Shown: positions 11,663-23,537 of the stretch, in pieces
Layout of the letters: every line of letters begins with the position of its first letter
Numbering within the stretch: the stretch's first letter is position 1
Program-made: the position numbers and the translations under genes
Source: Podarcis cretensis
Lineage: Eukaryota
Assembly (NCBI GenBank): GCA_951804945.1
Contig: OX638155.1
Span: 39,432,001-39,496,000, forward strand
Reading direction: 5' to 3'
Length of the DNA stretch: 64,000 bases
Notes under the pieces: model-generated
Seen by the model: only the letters and a program-made list of their open reading frames with translations
Told to the model about the DNA's origin: nothing
The model's database searches: none

Positions 11663-14600
11663 TTATATATCACCTACTGTAATTTTAATGTTTCCTAAAT
11701 TTGTTTCCATGTATGTAAGGAATTTGCTCCAATCATTAATAAATTTTACATTTTTCTGATGCCTGATCTTCTGTGTCATCCTTGCTAGCTCTATATACTC
11801 AAGTAACTTAGATTGCCAGTCTCTGATGGTTGGGATATTGGGGGTTTTCCAGCTTTGCGCTAACAATATCCTGGCAGCTACCGTTGCGTATTGGAACATG
11901 GTTTGATCCTCTTGTTTAATCTCCTTCCCGACCATTCCTAAAAGGAAGGCTTCCGGTTTTTTAGGGAAGGTGTATCTCAAAATTTTGTTTAGTTCGTCAT
12001 AAATAAGTCCCCAAAACCTTTTTACTTTTTCACAGGCCCACCACATATGATGGAAGTCTCCTTCCTTCACCTTGCATTTCCAGCAAGTTTTGTCCCCCGT
12101 CTTGTACATTTTTCCTAGTTTCACAGGGGTAAGATACCACCTGTACATCATTTTTTGTAAGTTTTCTCGTAGGTCGACACATGCCGTGAATTTCATGTCC
12201 TTATTCCAGAGTTTCGCCCATCTATCATAGTCTAGGTTATAACCAAGATCTATGGCCCATTTAGTCATAACCTCCTTTACCTCCTCGTCCTTCGTGTCCC
12301 AATCTAATAGTTGGTTATACGTTTTAGATAGGAGTTTGGAGTTTCCTTCTATTATTTCCACCTGGAATTTAGACTTCTTCTCACTCATTCCTATTTTTTT
12401 ATGCTCGTTCCATAAGGAGTTAATTTGGTAAAATTGCAACCAGGTTGTTAATTTATCCTTCAGTTCTTCATAAGGTCTAAGCTTCCACCCTTTGTCTGAT
12501 TTTACCAATAGATCCTCATAGGTCCATCTTTGACCTTCCATATTAGATTTTTTAATTGTCAAAATGTCAATTGGTGATAACCACCATGGGGTATCTTTTT
12601 CTAAAAGTTTCTTATTTCTATTCCATACCTCCAGTAGCGCACCTCTGATTATGTGGTTGGAGAATCCTTTGTGTGCCCTCTCCTTATCTTGCCATAGATA
12701 CGCATGCCAGCCAAATCTGGCGTCAAACCCCTCCAAGTCCAGCAAATCTACATTTTTCAAAACAATCCAGTCCTTGATCCAGCATAGATACACGGCCTCA
12801 TAGTATAGTTTCAGGTTAGGAACGGCAAACCCTCCCCTGTCACTGCGGTCTGTGAGTAGTTTAAATTTAATTCTTGCTCTCTTGCCCTGCCAAATAAATC
12901 TGGACAGGGTTCTCTGCCAATCTTTGAATGATGTCGTACCCCTGATTACCGGAATGTTCTGAAATAGGAACAGCAACCTTGGGAGAATACTCATTTTAAC
13001 GGCGGCCATTCTGCCCAACCAAGAAAGTCTTAACCTACTCCAGGTGTCCAGGTCTTTTTTTATCTCTTTCCAGGTCCTTGTATAGTTATCTTCTACTAGA
13101 TTTATATTTTTCGCGGATATCCAAATGCCCAGATATTTCACCTTTTTCACCACCTTAATTCCCGTTTTCAACTCTAGCTGGTTTCTCAGCTCTTCAGTTA
13201 AATTCTTTGTCAGCATTTTAGTTTTAACTTTGTTTAGTCTAAAGCCGGACAGATTTCCGAACTCCTCAAGCAACTCTATAACTTTACCGATGCCCACTAC
13301 TGGGTCTCCTAGCGATATCACCAAATCGTCGGCATAAGCTTTTAGTTTATACTCTTTGGCTCCTAATCTGATTCCCTTTATTTCGGAGGTTTCCCTAATC
13401 TTGTTTGTAATCACTTCTAGTACCATAATAAATAGAAGGGGGGATAGAGGGCAACCCTGTCTTGTGCCCTTCGCGATCTCAAAAGAGTTGGTTAAATTAT
13501 TATTAATAATCAATTTGGCCTTTTGTTCTGAGTATATCGCTCTTATACCTTCCAAGAAGGGCCCCTCTATACCTATCCTCTCCATGCCTTTTAGTAGAAA
13601 CCTCCATGATACGTTGTCGAATGCCTTTTCAGCATCGATGAAAATTAAAGCTGCGGGAATATCAGTCTTAAGTTCCAAATACTCAATAATATTTATTATA
13701 TGTCTTACGTTGTCCTTTAAGTACCTATTAGGTAGAAATCCTGCTTGATCTTTGTGGATAGCTTTAGATAAATATTTTTTGAGCCTATTTGCCATTATTT
13801 CTGCAAAGATTTTATAATCATTATTGAGTAGTGATTTCGGTCTTTAATTTCTTATGTCCATTTTGTCAAGTTCTGATTTAGGGATTAACGTGATGTGCGC
13901 CTCTTTCCAAGAATCGGGCACCGAACCTCCTTGCAAAATATTGTTCATTACATTACAAAGGACCGGGACCAGATATTTTTCTAAGACTTTGTAATACTTT
14001 TGGGATAACCCGTCAGGACCTGGTGCTTTCCCTGGTTTCATCCTCTTAATTACTTCCTTGATCTCATCAGCCGTTATTGGTTTGTTTAGGTAGGTTTTCT
14101 CCTCATCCGTCAGCTGTTCTCCTCTATTCCTTTCCAGATACTTATCTATTTCTTCCGTGTCTTCATCTTCCTTTTTATACAAATTTTCATAAAATTGAAG
14201 GAACTTTTCCTCTATTTTACCGGGGTCCTCAAATATTTGTTCTTCTAATTTAATTTTGTTAATCACATTCTGTTTTTTCCTTTTTCTAAGTTGCCACGCC
14301 AATAGCCGTCCCGTTTTGTTCACAGATTCAAAGTATTTTTGCTTCATTGATCTAATTCTCCATTCTACCTCTTGACTTATTAATATCGAGTATTGCGTCT
14401 GCAACGTTTTAGAGATTTGTTTAGTCCCTTCGTCTCTGGGGTTTACTATTAATTTTTTCTCACATTCTCCTAATTGTTTAACTATTTCCTCCTTCTTTCT
14501 CTTAATTTCTTTCTATAGCTATTTTGCTGAATAAAAAATACTCTTAGGACCGCCTTACTGGCGTCCCAAACTATATCAATTTTTGTTGCTTTATTCAAGT

Positions 14601-15412
14601 TCATATCAAAGTATTCTTTAAGAGTAATCTTAGCCTTTTCACTTATCTCCTCATTTTTGAGTAAGTATTCATTCAATCTCCATCTATATGGGCCTGCTGA
14701 TTTACATTTTATTTCCAACACTATTGGGTTGTGGTCAGAAAGGGTTCTGGGTTGTATTTCACATTTCATTGTTCTTATCGATAACTTGCTTGAAACCCAT
14801 ATCTGATCAATTCTGCCCCAACTCTGGTGTGGTTCTGAGAAATACATGAATTGTTTCGTTATTGGGTTTTTATGCCTCCAGATGTCGATTAAATCCAGAT
14901 TTTCTTGGAGATTATTAAATGATTTTGGGAGTTTCCCTTGGTTCGATTTCCTCTTTTTTCCATTTCTGTCTAATTCTGGTGATGGTACTCCGTTCAGGTC
15001 TCCAAGCAGAATTAATTTGTGATTTTCTAGTTCTAGTAACATTTGCTCCAATTTTTTTAAAAAACTCTGCTTTCTTTGTATTAGGTGCATAGACAGTTAC
15101 CACATTAAATTTTTCCCCATGATGGTTAATTTGGACTCCCAAAATTCTTCCTTCGGCATCTTTACAAATCAATACTGGTTCCCATTTCTCTTTAACATAA
15201 ATTACCAGCCCTCTTTTTTTTCCTACATCTGAATTGATGAACTCTACTCCCAGCTTTTTATTTATTAATATATGTTTGTGTTTTTTGGCTACGTGTGTCT
15301 CTTACCAGCAAATCACATCATAGTTTTTATTCTTCACAATTTTTTCTAGTTTATTCCTTTTTGATTTTTCATTCAAGCCGTTTACATTCCAGGTCAAAAA
15401 ATTCAAAGACAT
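11663..15412 (-). pseudogene. L1 ORF2 (APE endonuclease + reverse transcriptase), disrupted
   Basis: ATG at 15412 gives MSLNFLTWNVNGLN. Endonuclease motifs: W*ETH (normally LQETH; stop 15302-15304), VYAPN, LGDLN, RIDQIW, LSDHNP. RT motifs: KAPGPDG, *RPKSLLN (normally YRPISLLN; stop 13844-13846), DAEKAFD, GTRQGCPLSP, YADD, KYLGI. C-terminal CWKC-x7-H-x4-C. Frameshifts at ~15055 (homopolymer) and ~14495. Confidence 0.95.
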
Positions 15413-15454
15413 TCCTAACGATTTAGTCTCTTTATTCAGTCAAGATTTTTAAAG

Positions 15455-16498
15455 TTATATTTTAGGGCTTCCGTTCCCAGTGTAGTCCTCCTCTTCTGCT
15501 TCCTCACCTCCCACTGCACCCTCTTCCTCTTCCGTTTCTTCTTCTCCTATTTCTCCTTCTTCCTGTCTCCCCTTCTTGTCTTTCTTTCTTTTTTTCTCGT
15601 TTCTGGATCCCTCTCTATCTCTTATCCTCTCTTCCCCCTTACCAAGCTCTTTCTCATACCTCCTCAAAAAATTTTCCACCTCTTGGACATCTGTCAGTTT
15701 AAATCTTTTGTCTTTGAAAAAGAAGGCGATCCCCTCAGGGAACTCCCATCTATATTGTATACCGTTTCTCCTCAGAACGCCAGCTATCTGTCCGTACCTT
15801 TCCCTTTTACGCAGGAGCCTAACTGGGATCACTTTAAGAACAATAATTGGTTTACCATCATTAATTTTTTTATGATAGCTGGTTTTTAGTATTAAATTCT
15901 TCATCTCAATTGAGTTTAGGATTACTAGACAGTCCTCAGGAGGTTTCCTTAACCTGTTTTTTGGGGGTCTCATTCTTATTCTAAAGGCATTCTCCACCGT
16001 AGAGGCCACCTCTTCCTCTTTTAGTTCCAACCACTTAGCTAACTCCTCAATCATTTTCTCTTTTATGTTCCCTTTAGTTTCCTCTCCTATTCCTCGAAAT
16101 TTTAAGTGAAGATGTTTCTGTCGCATTTCTGTCATCGCTAAATTGTCCCATATTTGCTCCTGCATTTTATTCACTTCTCTCACTTCTTCCTTTATCTTTT
16201 CTGTCTCTTTTTTCTGCTTTCTCATCTCTTTTTGAATTTTTTTATTGGTTTCCTCATATATTTTTGACCTAGCAGACAGTTCTTGGATTTTGGTGGAGAG
16301 TTCTCCTACTGCCCCTTCTATCTTTCTATCTATCAGCTCTTGCATTTCTCCTAGTTTGCTTTCCATGTGGGTTTCATTTTGTTTAAACTCCTCCTTGATT
16401 TTTAGCCAAAGGATATCTAGATCTTTAATTTCTTCCTGTCGGGATAGCTTTCTTTCATTTGGGGTTCCCCCCACCTTTTCCCCATCTTTTCCCCACAT
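15455..16498 (-). CDS. L1 ORF1p (347 aa; coiled coil + RRM/CTD-like + acidic tail), apparently intact
   Basis: Open frame ending 42 nt upstream of ORF2. It has a K/E-rich heptad-like N-half, LKFRGIGE and VENAFRI (RRM-like), YRWEFPEGI (CTD-like) and a Glu-rich C-terminus. Confidence 0.9.
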   Translation of the reverse strand: MWGKDGEKVGGTPNERKLSRQEEIKDLDILWLKIKEEFKQNETHMESKLGEMQELIDRKIEGAVGELSTKIQELSARSKIYEETNKKIQKEMRKQKKETEKIKEEVREVNKMQEQIWDNLAMTEMRQKHLHLKFRGIGEETKGNIKEKMIEELAKWLELKEEEVASTVENAFRIRMRPPKNRLRKPPEDCLVILNSIEMKNLILKTSYHKKINDGKPIIVLKVIPVRLLRKRERYGQIAGVLRRNGIQYRWEFPEGIAFFFKDKRFKLTDVQEVENFLRRYEKELGKGEERIRDREGSRNEKKRKKDKKGRQEEGEIGEEETEEEEGAVGGEEAEEEDYTGNGSPKI

Positions 16499-17749
16499 TG
16501 TAACCCAATTTTCGTGTTCTGTACTTTATACCAAATCTCTCCCTTAAAGGGTTCACAATCTTTCTTCCTTCTTTCCCTTCTTACCCCTCCTCTATAGAGG
16601 TTATCTTATACCGAAGTTATCAGGTTCAGCTACTCCACCCCCTCCGAGAAATATCTTGGATATTGTCTCACCCCAATATCTTAGATTAGTCTGCGAACAG
16701 ATCAGACCCCATGAATCTACAGATACAAACGCAGGTATAATTTCCAAATATCAGAGGGCAATTAGCCCTAACTCACAAAACCAAGGATAGGCAGAGTGTT
16801 TTCAAACAAACGTTAAAGAAAGCAAAAAGGGAAGAAAAAAAAATAGTACTAAAAGGGTAGAATTGAGTAGAATTAGCCCACAATTAAACACGTCTGGATA
16901 ATATAAGTACTAGTGGCTTCACCTCCATGCGGGATATTTAACCAGAAGTGAGCTATTGCCTAGGCTGTTTCACAAAGGTTATTTAGTCAGTCCGACTTCG
17001 CCCTAAATTCTTCAGCGACTTGATGGCCTAATCCAGCCTTGATAGGCAAACACGGCAGTCTGCAAAGAGGGTTTTTCAGAGTTCAAAATTCAGAGTTCAA
17101 AGTTTCAGAGTTCAAAATTCAAAATTATTGTAGAGTTGACCAACCCCATTATTAAGAGTGGACGGTAGGGAGGGGGAAGAAGAAGAGGGATTGTTCTTAG
17201 TTATTAGAAGAGCATATCGTAAAGGGAAGTCCAGTGTTTAGGTTTGCTTCAAACTCTTTTCCCTTCATCAGAGAGGGTGTAGCATTCATCAAAGTTCACC
17301 AGTGCAGTTATTAATGAGGGGGGCTGGAATCATATAGCTTATTAGGATAGTAGAGAGGAAGGGGAGGGTAGAAACCTGTAAGGGGGGATAAGAAAAAAAA
17401 AAGAAGGATAAAGAGGCTTGCGATGTCTTGCAGCCTTCACAGCTTTCTAGTCCCTTATATTTCAATTCTCAGGACGTCCACAATTGAAAGTCTGCCTCCG
17501 TCTGCCCCCTTCTCATTGTCTTCGCTCTGTCTGCGCCGCTCTTCTCAAGCCCTTCCCGTTCTTCTCAAGCCCTTCTCAAGCCCTTCCCATTTACCGCCGC
17601 CTTCAATACACTTCCCAATTGCAGGGTTCCGATTAAAGTTTGTAACTGTGTCTCCCCACCGAGGAAACAAAGTACGCAGCAAGGAGGTAAAATAAGAGTT
17701 CAAACAGGCAACCTCTTCATTACTTTGTATTTAATGGTTAGTCGTTAGT

Positions 17750-18285
17750 TTGCTCAGGCAAAACAGCCTTAGCGGTCAGTACTCACTCAGTCAGGCAATG
17801 GCTGGGAGAGCGGAAGCCGCTGCTTCCTTCTTTGTACACCTGAGATTCAGTGACCCGCGCCATTTTCTACTCTCAGCCGTTTGAATTCCTCACCAAAATC
17901 TTTAAACATCCACGGCTCTCCCTGCTTAAATTCCAGATTTTTTAAAACAATTTAACGCCCAACACGCAGGGGAATCCGTTCTTGTCTTGTGGAGGTTCGT
18001 CGCTCTTTCCTCGGCTGAAGCTAGAGGCATCTCAGCACGGAGTCGGTGTTTTCCCTTTCTTGCGCTCGCAGCCCCCGTCCCAAGTCTCCTCCATAAAGGA
18101 ACAGACCCGAAGACTACAGACTGCTCCCACGCTGCCAGGAAACCTATCCCCCAGGGTCTCCCCCCTGGGATTTTTGGGGGGCGCAGTGCCCTTGCGGCAC
18201 CCCCAAGCCTCCGTGTTGATCAGAAAGTCCTTGCAGGGACTTTCTGCGCTTCTTCACCGATCGCGACCCAAACCGGAAGTCACCG
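17750..18285 (-). promoter_or_regulatory. CpG-rich internal promoter region of the L1 5' UTR
   Basis: Visibly CpG-dense. ETS/GABP consensus CCGGAAGT at 18273-18280, 5 bp inside the 5' end, and YY1 consensus CGCCATTTT at 17858-17866. Confidence 0.65.
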
Positions 18286-18298
18286 ACAAATACAATTA

Positions 18299-18490
18299 AA
18301 AGGATTATAAGATGTTAATCAGTCAAAGGCCTGATGGAAGAGAAATGTTTTCAAGTGTATAATGAAGGCACCAACCAAAACTCCCTGGGGAGAGCTTTCC
18401 ACAACTGCAGAAAAGGCCTGTTCTCAAATTGCCACCCTCTGAACCTCTCGCAGTGGAGGTGCAGTGGAGGTGCATGAAGAAGGACTTAAA
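18299..18490 (-). mobile_element. L2 3' end, right piece
   Basis: AAAGGATTATAAGATGTTAATCAGTCAAAGGCCTG...AATGAAGGCACCA...CTCCCTGGGGAGAGC is the reverse complement of ~57975-58085. Confidence 0.7.
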
Positions 18491-19394
18491 GCAGCCACAT
18501 ATCTCTGTTACTAACAGGTACACACATATGCAGAAGGAAAGCCTGTGGGGAGGGGAGTTTCTGACCCATAACAGAAGTGAGCTTTGCACGACAGAAATTC
18601 TGCTTTTTAGTTTCACTGAAGAATTAAGTTGTGGTGAAACTGCTACCCATTTTCATCTTCTGAAGCTCAACAAATGTTAAGTGAACACATGCTATTTTCC
18701 ACTCATGTTCAATATATTGCAACCTTTTCTTAACATCAAAGTCAAAGGTTTGCATCAATAATCCAGTGGGAAATCTGCATGACATTATTAAGGAACGGAC
18801 CAATGATCTGAAAGCCCCAACACGGCCAATATGTTTCTGATTAAAGCTTAGCATTTGTTTTCTTGCTATTTGCCATAGAGAATACACTTGTCTGGAATCA
18901 GAAGTATGAAAAGCAGAAGAAGTTCCCACTTCTTTTTTCATATTGCAGATGGCAAACTATGTTTTTCCCCTTTTGAGAAACACATTATTTAAATGAGGTC
19001 ATCCTTGTTGTTCCCATTTAAATGTGTTCCCTTCTTGGGATATTGCAGCATCTTTACGTAAGACGTTGTTTTATACATCCTAATACTCTGCCTTCAGGAG
19101 AATACCTTGGAAATCCCATGTGCATTTTCTCCCAAGTAAATGATTTGCCTTAACCTTGCCTTAACCTCAGCACTGTATAACGAATATTGGAGAGCATGTG
19201 CTTCACATGTCCTTCACCAAGCCTTTTCACAAGTCCTGCTTGCCCTTGTTGCATTGAGATGTTGACAGATATGAGCAATCATGGTCTGAAAAAGATGCTG
19301 AGGGTGGCACTACATTTAGGGCAGGGAGTGAATTCAAAGCCAGATTGGCTTTCCACAAAGGTTACGCTATATCATTTACATTTCCAGGCTCTGA

Positions 19395-19592
19395 TTTATT
19401 TGTTTTATTTATTCATATTAAATTTATATACCAACCTTCATCCACAGATCTCTAGGCAGGTCACAACATAAAAATACAATATTAAAGCACAAAACACAAG
19501 ATAAAAACAAGAACACACAAACACACACCAATTACCCCCTGACCCGCTCCCACAAACTCATTGAAAAGGGGTATAAGATGTTAATCAGCCAT
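19395..19592 (-). mobile_element. L2 3' end, uninterrupted paralog
   Basis: (ATTT)-type tail, then TATACCAACCTTCATCCACAGATCTC...AAAGGGGTATAAGATGTTAATCAGCC, spanning the position where the L1 sits in the other copy. Confidence 0.7.
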
Positions 19593-20514
19593 ATTTTTTA
19601 TTTATTTGTACAACAAAGAACAGAATTTTTTTTGCCTAAATGTAAGCCTGGAAGCACCTAATTTTGCCTAATTGTGCAAAATATACAAAAGCTATATCCC
19701 CAAGTGGACGTGGTGTATTTTTGAGCTTTTTTCTTTTCTCCCCTCCCCCTACCCTTTTCTTTAAGATGTTTGTTGTTGTTGCTTTCAGTGAAATCTACTC
19801 TTTATGAAAATACAACATGGCTAACAATTTTCCGGTGTCATAGACTATATTTTTAAAAGGTTACCTCATTCAGTCACTCTAGATAGCAACAAGCACCCTA
19901 TTTTTCAATCCTGGCTCATGGACAATAGGCCAGAAAAATCTCATAGCATTCAAGTTAAAAATCAGATATTGACATCTCTGTAATAAGACCAGTTCCTAAA
20001 TACATATGTGATTATTTAGATTTAGATTTGGGACAGAGCCAACAAGTTAAGCCTTATATGTCGGCATATTAATTAGATTGTTATTTTAGTCCTTTAAGTC
20101 AGAATGAGGACGAACATAATTTAATCATGCATTTGTTATAATTACTCTTCTATGCTGGTTAATTTCACTAGGGAGTTTTGCTTATGTTCATCTGGCTTGA
20201 TAGTTCCCTGTGTTATCTGGAAACATATGGATTATATAATACAGTTTGCTGTGAAGTTGTATTTACTAATTAAGCCCTACAGTGTTCAGTGCAAACAATG
20301 AACCTTATAGGCTGTTTGAGCACTATAAAATAAGAAACTACAGTTTGCTCTGCATAAATGCCCCAGGGAGAGTGACCTACTCAAAGATGCTTCCTGTGGA
20401 ATTATCCTTAATGAAGATTGTCACTTGGGAAACAGATATGATGGACGACAAGTAAGTAAATGGGGTGTGCAGTGACCTTTCTGCTTTACATGAAATGCAG
20501 TTGATTCACATCAG

Positions 20515-20686
20515 CAGCATCAAGGCTGCTGGACACCCCCCCCCCATGGCACCTGGTTGGACGGCCACCGGGGGGGGCGTGAGCGCCAGCCAGGTGAGCT
20601 GGAGGCAGGGGGCTACGCCCCCTGCTATGGGCGGTGTTCAGGCTCCCGCCCACAACCACTCCCCTCTCTTTCAGGGAGGAGAGTCT
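20515..20686. mobile_element. Unclassified 172-bp GC-rich structured insertion
   Basis: Perfect 14-bp direct repeat TTGATTCACATCAG at 20501-20514 and 20687-20700. No tail, TIR or pol III boxes. Multiple stems. Confidence 0.75.
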
Positions 20687-21025
20687 TTGATTCACATCAG
20701 ATGCAAACAAGTCATGGGTATGGGGGGAAATCCTAGATGAGTCCAACAAACATGATACATTGTGGTGGTAGTGGTAGTTCTGTCTCTCTTTCCATACGCT
20801 GAACAAACTTTTGCTTCCCTTTAAGAGCATAAGAAGACACTGTCCATCTTGAAATAATTGAGAAGGAATTCCGAGAACACATTTGCTGTTCTGAACCTAA
20901 GCGTACTCTGAGGTAAATCCTAATAGTGCACACAGTGAACAGCATACACACAGCAAACCATGGAGCAATGCCATCCAGAGATTTGGGGCATGGTATTTAT
21001 TTGCTTTTATAACTACATGGTTATA

Positions 21026-21232
21026 CAGTCGTACCTTGCATCCTGAACACCTTGAAAGTCGAACGTTTGCAAACATTGTTTGTAACCCGAATGTCTGACG
21101 GGGCTTCCACAGCTTCTGATTGGCTGCAGGAGCTTCCTGCAGCCAATAAGAAGTTGGGCTTTGTTTTTGGAACTTTTTGGAAGTTGAACAGACTTCCAGA
21201 ATGGATTCCATTCAACTTCCAAGGTACAACTG
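21026..21232. mobile_element. Tc1/mariner MITE
   Basis: TA|CAGTCGTACCTTG...CAAGGTACAACTG|TA. Same family as 56346-56626 (shared GCTGCAGGA(A)GCT(T)CCTGCAGCCA palindromic core). Confidence 0.85.
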
Positions 21233-23260
21233 TATTGGTCTAAGCCATTCTAGGACCTTGTGGTGAAAGGTAAGTATGAAAACACATGAACAAACAAATA
21301 TGTGGATGACGGACACTCAACTCTGTTTTTCCTTTTCATCAAATGCAGGTGAAGTGGTGGAAGGTCAAAGCCAGCACTTTGAACCAAGATGCCATGAAGT
21401 TGGGTGCAGTGCACCCATACTTTAACTAATTAAAACGAATAGAGGGGGCAACAAGAAAACAGTAAATCTATTACTGCAAAGATGCAGTATTTTCTATATT
21501 AATGTGAACATGTGAAATAGCATTATACTGAGTTACATAGTTGGCCCATCTAGTCCAGTATTGTCTTCTCTGGCTGTATCCCCCTCCAAGGCAGGGATCT
21601 TTCCCCTTTCTACTACCTGAATTGCTGACTTGAGATACCAGGGATTTAACCTAAGATCTTCCACAAAAAGCATATGCTCTGCCACTGAGCTACTGGTAGC
21701 AGATCTCATCCCATTAATCCAAAAAAGAGCAATATTGTACCTTTGCATCAGACAATAGGCCTCTATGCTCACATAGCCAACAGGAGGATTCTTCACAATG
21801 ACTATAAATAAAGTAGAAAATGTGCAGAGGGAATCATACAGGCAGTTTAAAAGCAATGTGTGCTCTTCCCTCATAGCACCTCTAATTTCCTTCATAGGAC
21901 TTGATGTGTACCACATTAGTAGCACAATAATTGCATTGCACCTCACATTCTCCTGCTTTAACTCAATTTCTGAAAATTAACCCAGCTCCGATGGAAAAGT
22001 CATTTCCCATTTTCCTTCCCCTTGTCTTATTGAAACCTTCCCTAAATGAACTTCCTGAAGGATAAAATACTATTTTGCACTCTGGTTTCACTCTCTGTAC
22101 AGTTTGTTTTTTTTTTAAAAAAAATCTTCCATAGAAAAGTAAATTCAAGAATAATTTTTTTGACAAGAAAGAAATCAGACCTTATGCCTGAGAACAATTT
22201 AATCTGACAGCAGTGACACCCAGAAGTAGAAAATTGCACCAGTCGTTTTTTAATATGCTGACAAAAATTATTAGCTTTTGACAAATAACATGTTTAACAT
22301 TTATAAATGCAACTTCTAACCCATAGTGCAAGCGAGCTGCTCACACCTGCTGAAAGGAAACATTTTATATTAACTTCTAGAGCTGGTAGTCACAGGCTGA
22401 TTGTGACCCCATGCAGCAGAATATACTGGAGTAAAAGGCTGCATGTTTAACATTATCTACTTGCGAAAAACTCAGTGTAAGGACTCTAAAATATATGATG
22501 GCATCGATGCCAGCCTTTATATGTCAGGGATTCTGTAACTTCAGTCTAGTATCTTGGGTCTGAGGCTCACATGAGCTGAGCTGCAGTGGACCTTAAAGTA
22601 TGCAGGGTTGTACTTGAAGTAGCACTAAGTGTAGCATTCCATTGGCAAAAGAATTTCTTCTTGTGCAACAGAACTTCCCCATCTCATCTCCCTGCTGACC
22701 CTTATATCCGTACTTGGGGTTGCCCAAAGTTTCCAGAGCAGCTTTGGGGAGAACTTAATATGTGTGCAGGGAGAAGGACCAAGGTAGTTCCATGGCACAA
22801 GATCCAGCCTTTGCAGTAACAGGATAACACACTCCTTGGAAGCTGTCTCTGCCATTTCCTTGGCAGCTCCCAAGCCCCATGCTGCCTCTACAGCGACCTC
22901 TTGCTGGTCTCCTCCCACCCTTGTTCCCAATGTAAATCTTTATTCCCTCTTTGTTCCTGATGTAGATCTTTGCTCACCCCTTCTTCCCAGGCAGAGGGAA
23001 GCACCTTTTTGTGGTTCGCCTCAGGTGCCAAAATATATTAGGCCATGCCCTGCTGCCCCAGTGGAAAGAAGAGTTTTTGCCTCCCCACTTGTCCCAGTAG
23101 ATACTGTTTCCTGCCTTGCCCCCTGACACTCTTCTCCCCAGCTATTGGGATGTCTCCTTTGACACTTTTTGTTATCTTGATCACAGGGTCAGAGAGGCCT
23201 TGGATTGTAGCCTATGCTAGTCCAGAGTAGATCCATTGAAATTAATGAACACGGTTAGTC

Positions 23261-23537
23261 CGCTCACCCTCTCGGTTCGGTGGCATTGCGGGATGGCAGA
23301 GGCTCCTCCAAAGGCCCCAACTGGATGGGCAGTGGCAGCATAAGCCCATGCCACCTATAAGGAGCACCCAGGATTGGCAAATGGGTGTGCAGGTTTGGAT
23401 GCAGGTTGGGCCAGGGGGCAGAGCTTATAGATCAGGAAGGCTTCCCTCAGGTCCGTGCCTGGATCATTTAAGCAGCCCATACCTGGGCTCCTTACCTGGG
23501 TTTTCCCTCATCCAGTTCGTCATCGTATTCACTGTGG
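23261..23537. mobile_element. Unclassified GC-rich insertion splitting a palindromic MITE
   Basis: Flanks ~23200-23260 and ~23550-23590 join into the palindromic element seen intact at ~33685-33800 and ~60207-60317. Degenerate direct repeat GAACACGGTTAGTC (23247-23260) / GAACACAATTATC (23538-23550). Confidence 0.6.

Larger units (their letters stand above)
11385..18285 (-). mobile_element. Full-length L1-clade non-LTR retrotransposon (6901 bp)
   Basis: 13-bp TSD ACAAATACAATTA at 11372-11384 and 18286-18298. The 5' end reads CGGTGACTTCCGG. It carries ORF1 and ORF2 (APE endonuclease, RT, C-terminal CCHC), a T-rich 3' UTR, AATAAA (plus-strand TTTATT ~11403-11408) and a short A-rich tail. Confidence 0.96.

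Noticed and set aside
12564-16547. Plus-strand ORFs overlapping L1 ORF1/ORF2
   Set aside because: Antisense shadows of the real coding frames.
17982-18310. Antisense ORFs in the L1 5' UTR as an ORF0 analogue
   Set aside because: They use TTG/GTG starts, run out of the element, and are expected in GC-rich sequence.
21254-21430. Micro-exon (21254-21269) plus 79-nt intron and downstream exon
   Set aside because: GTAAGT and CAG are present, but the downstream frames stop within about 27 codons, nothing is recognisable, and it abuts a MITE.
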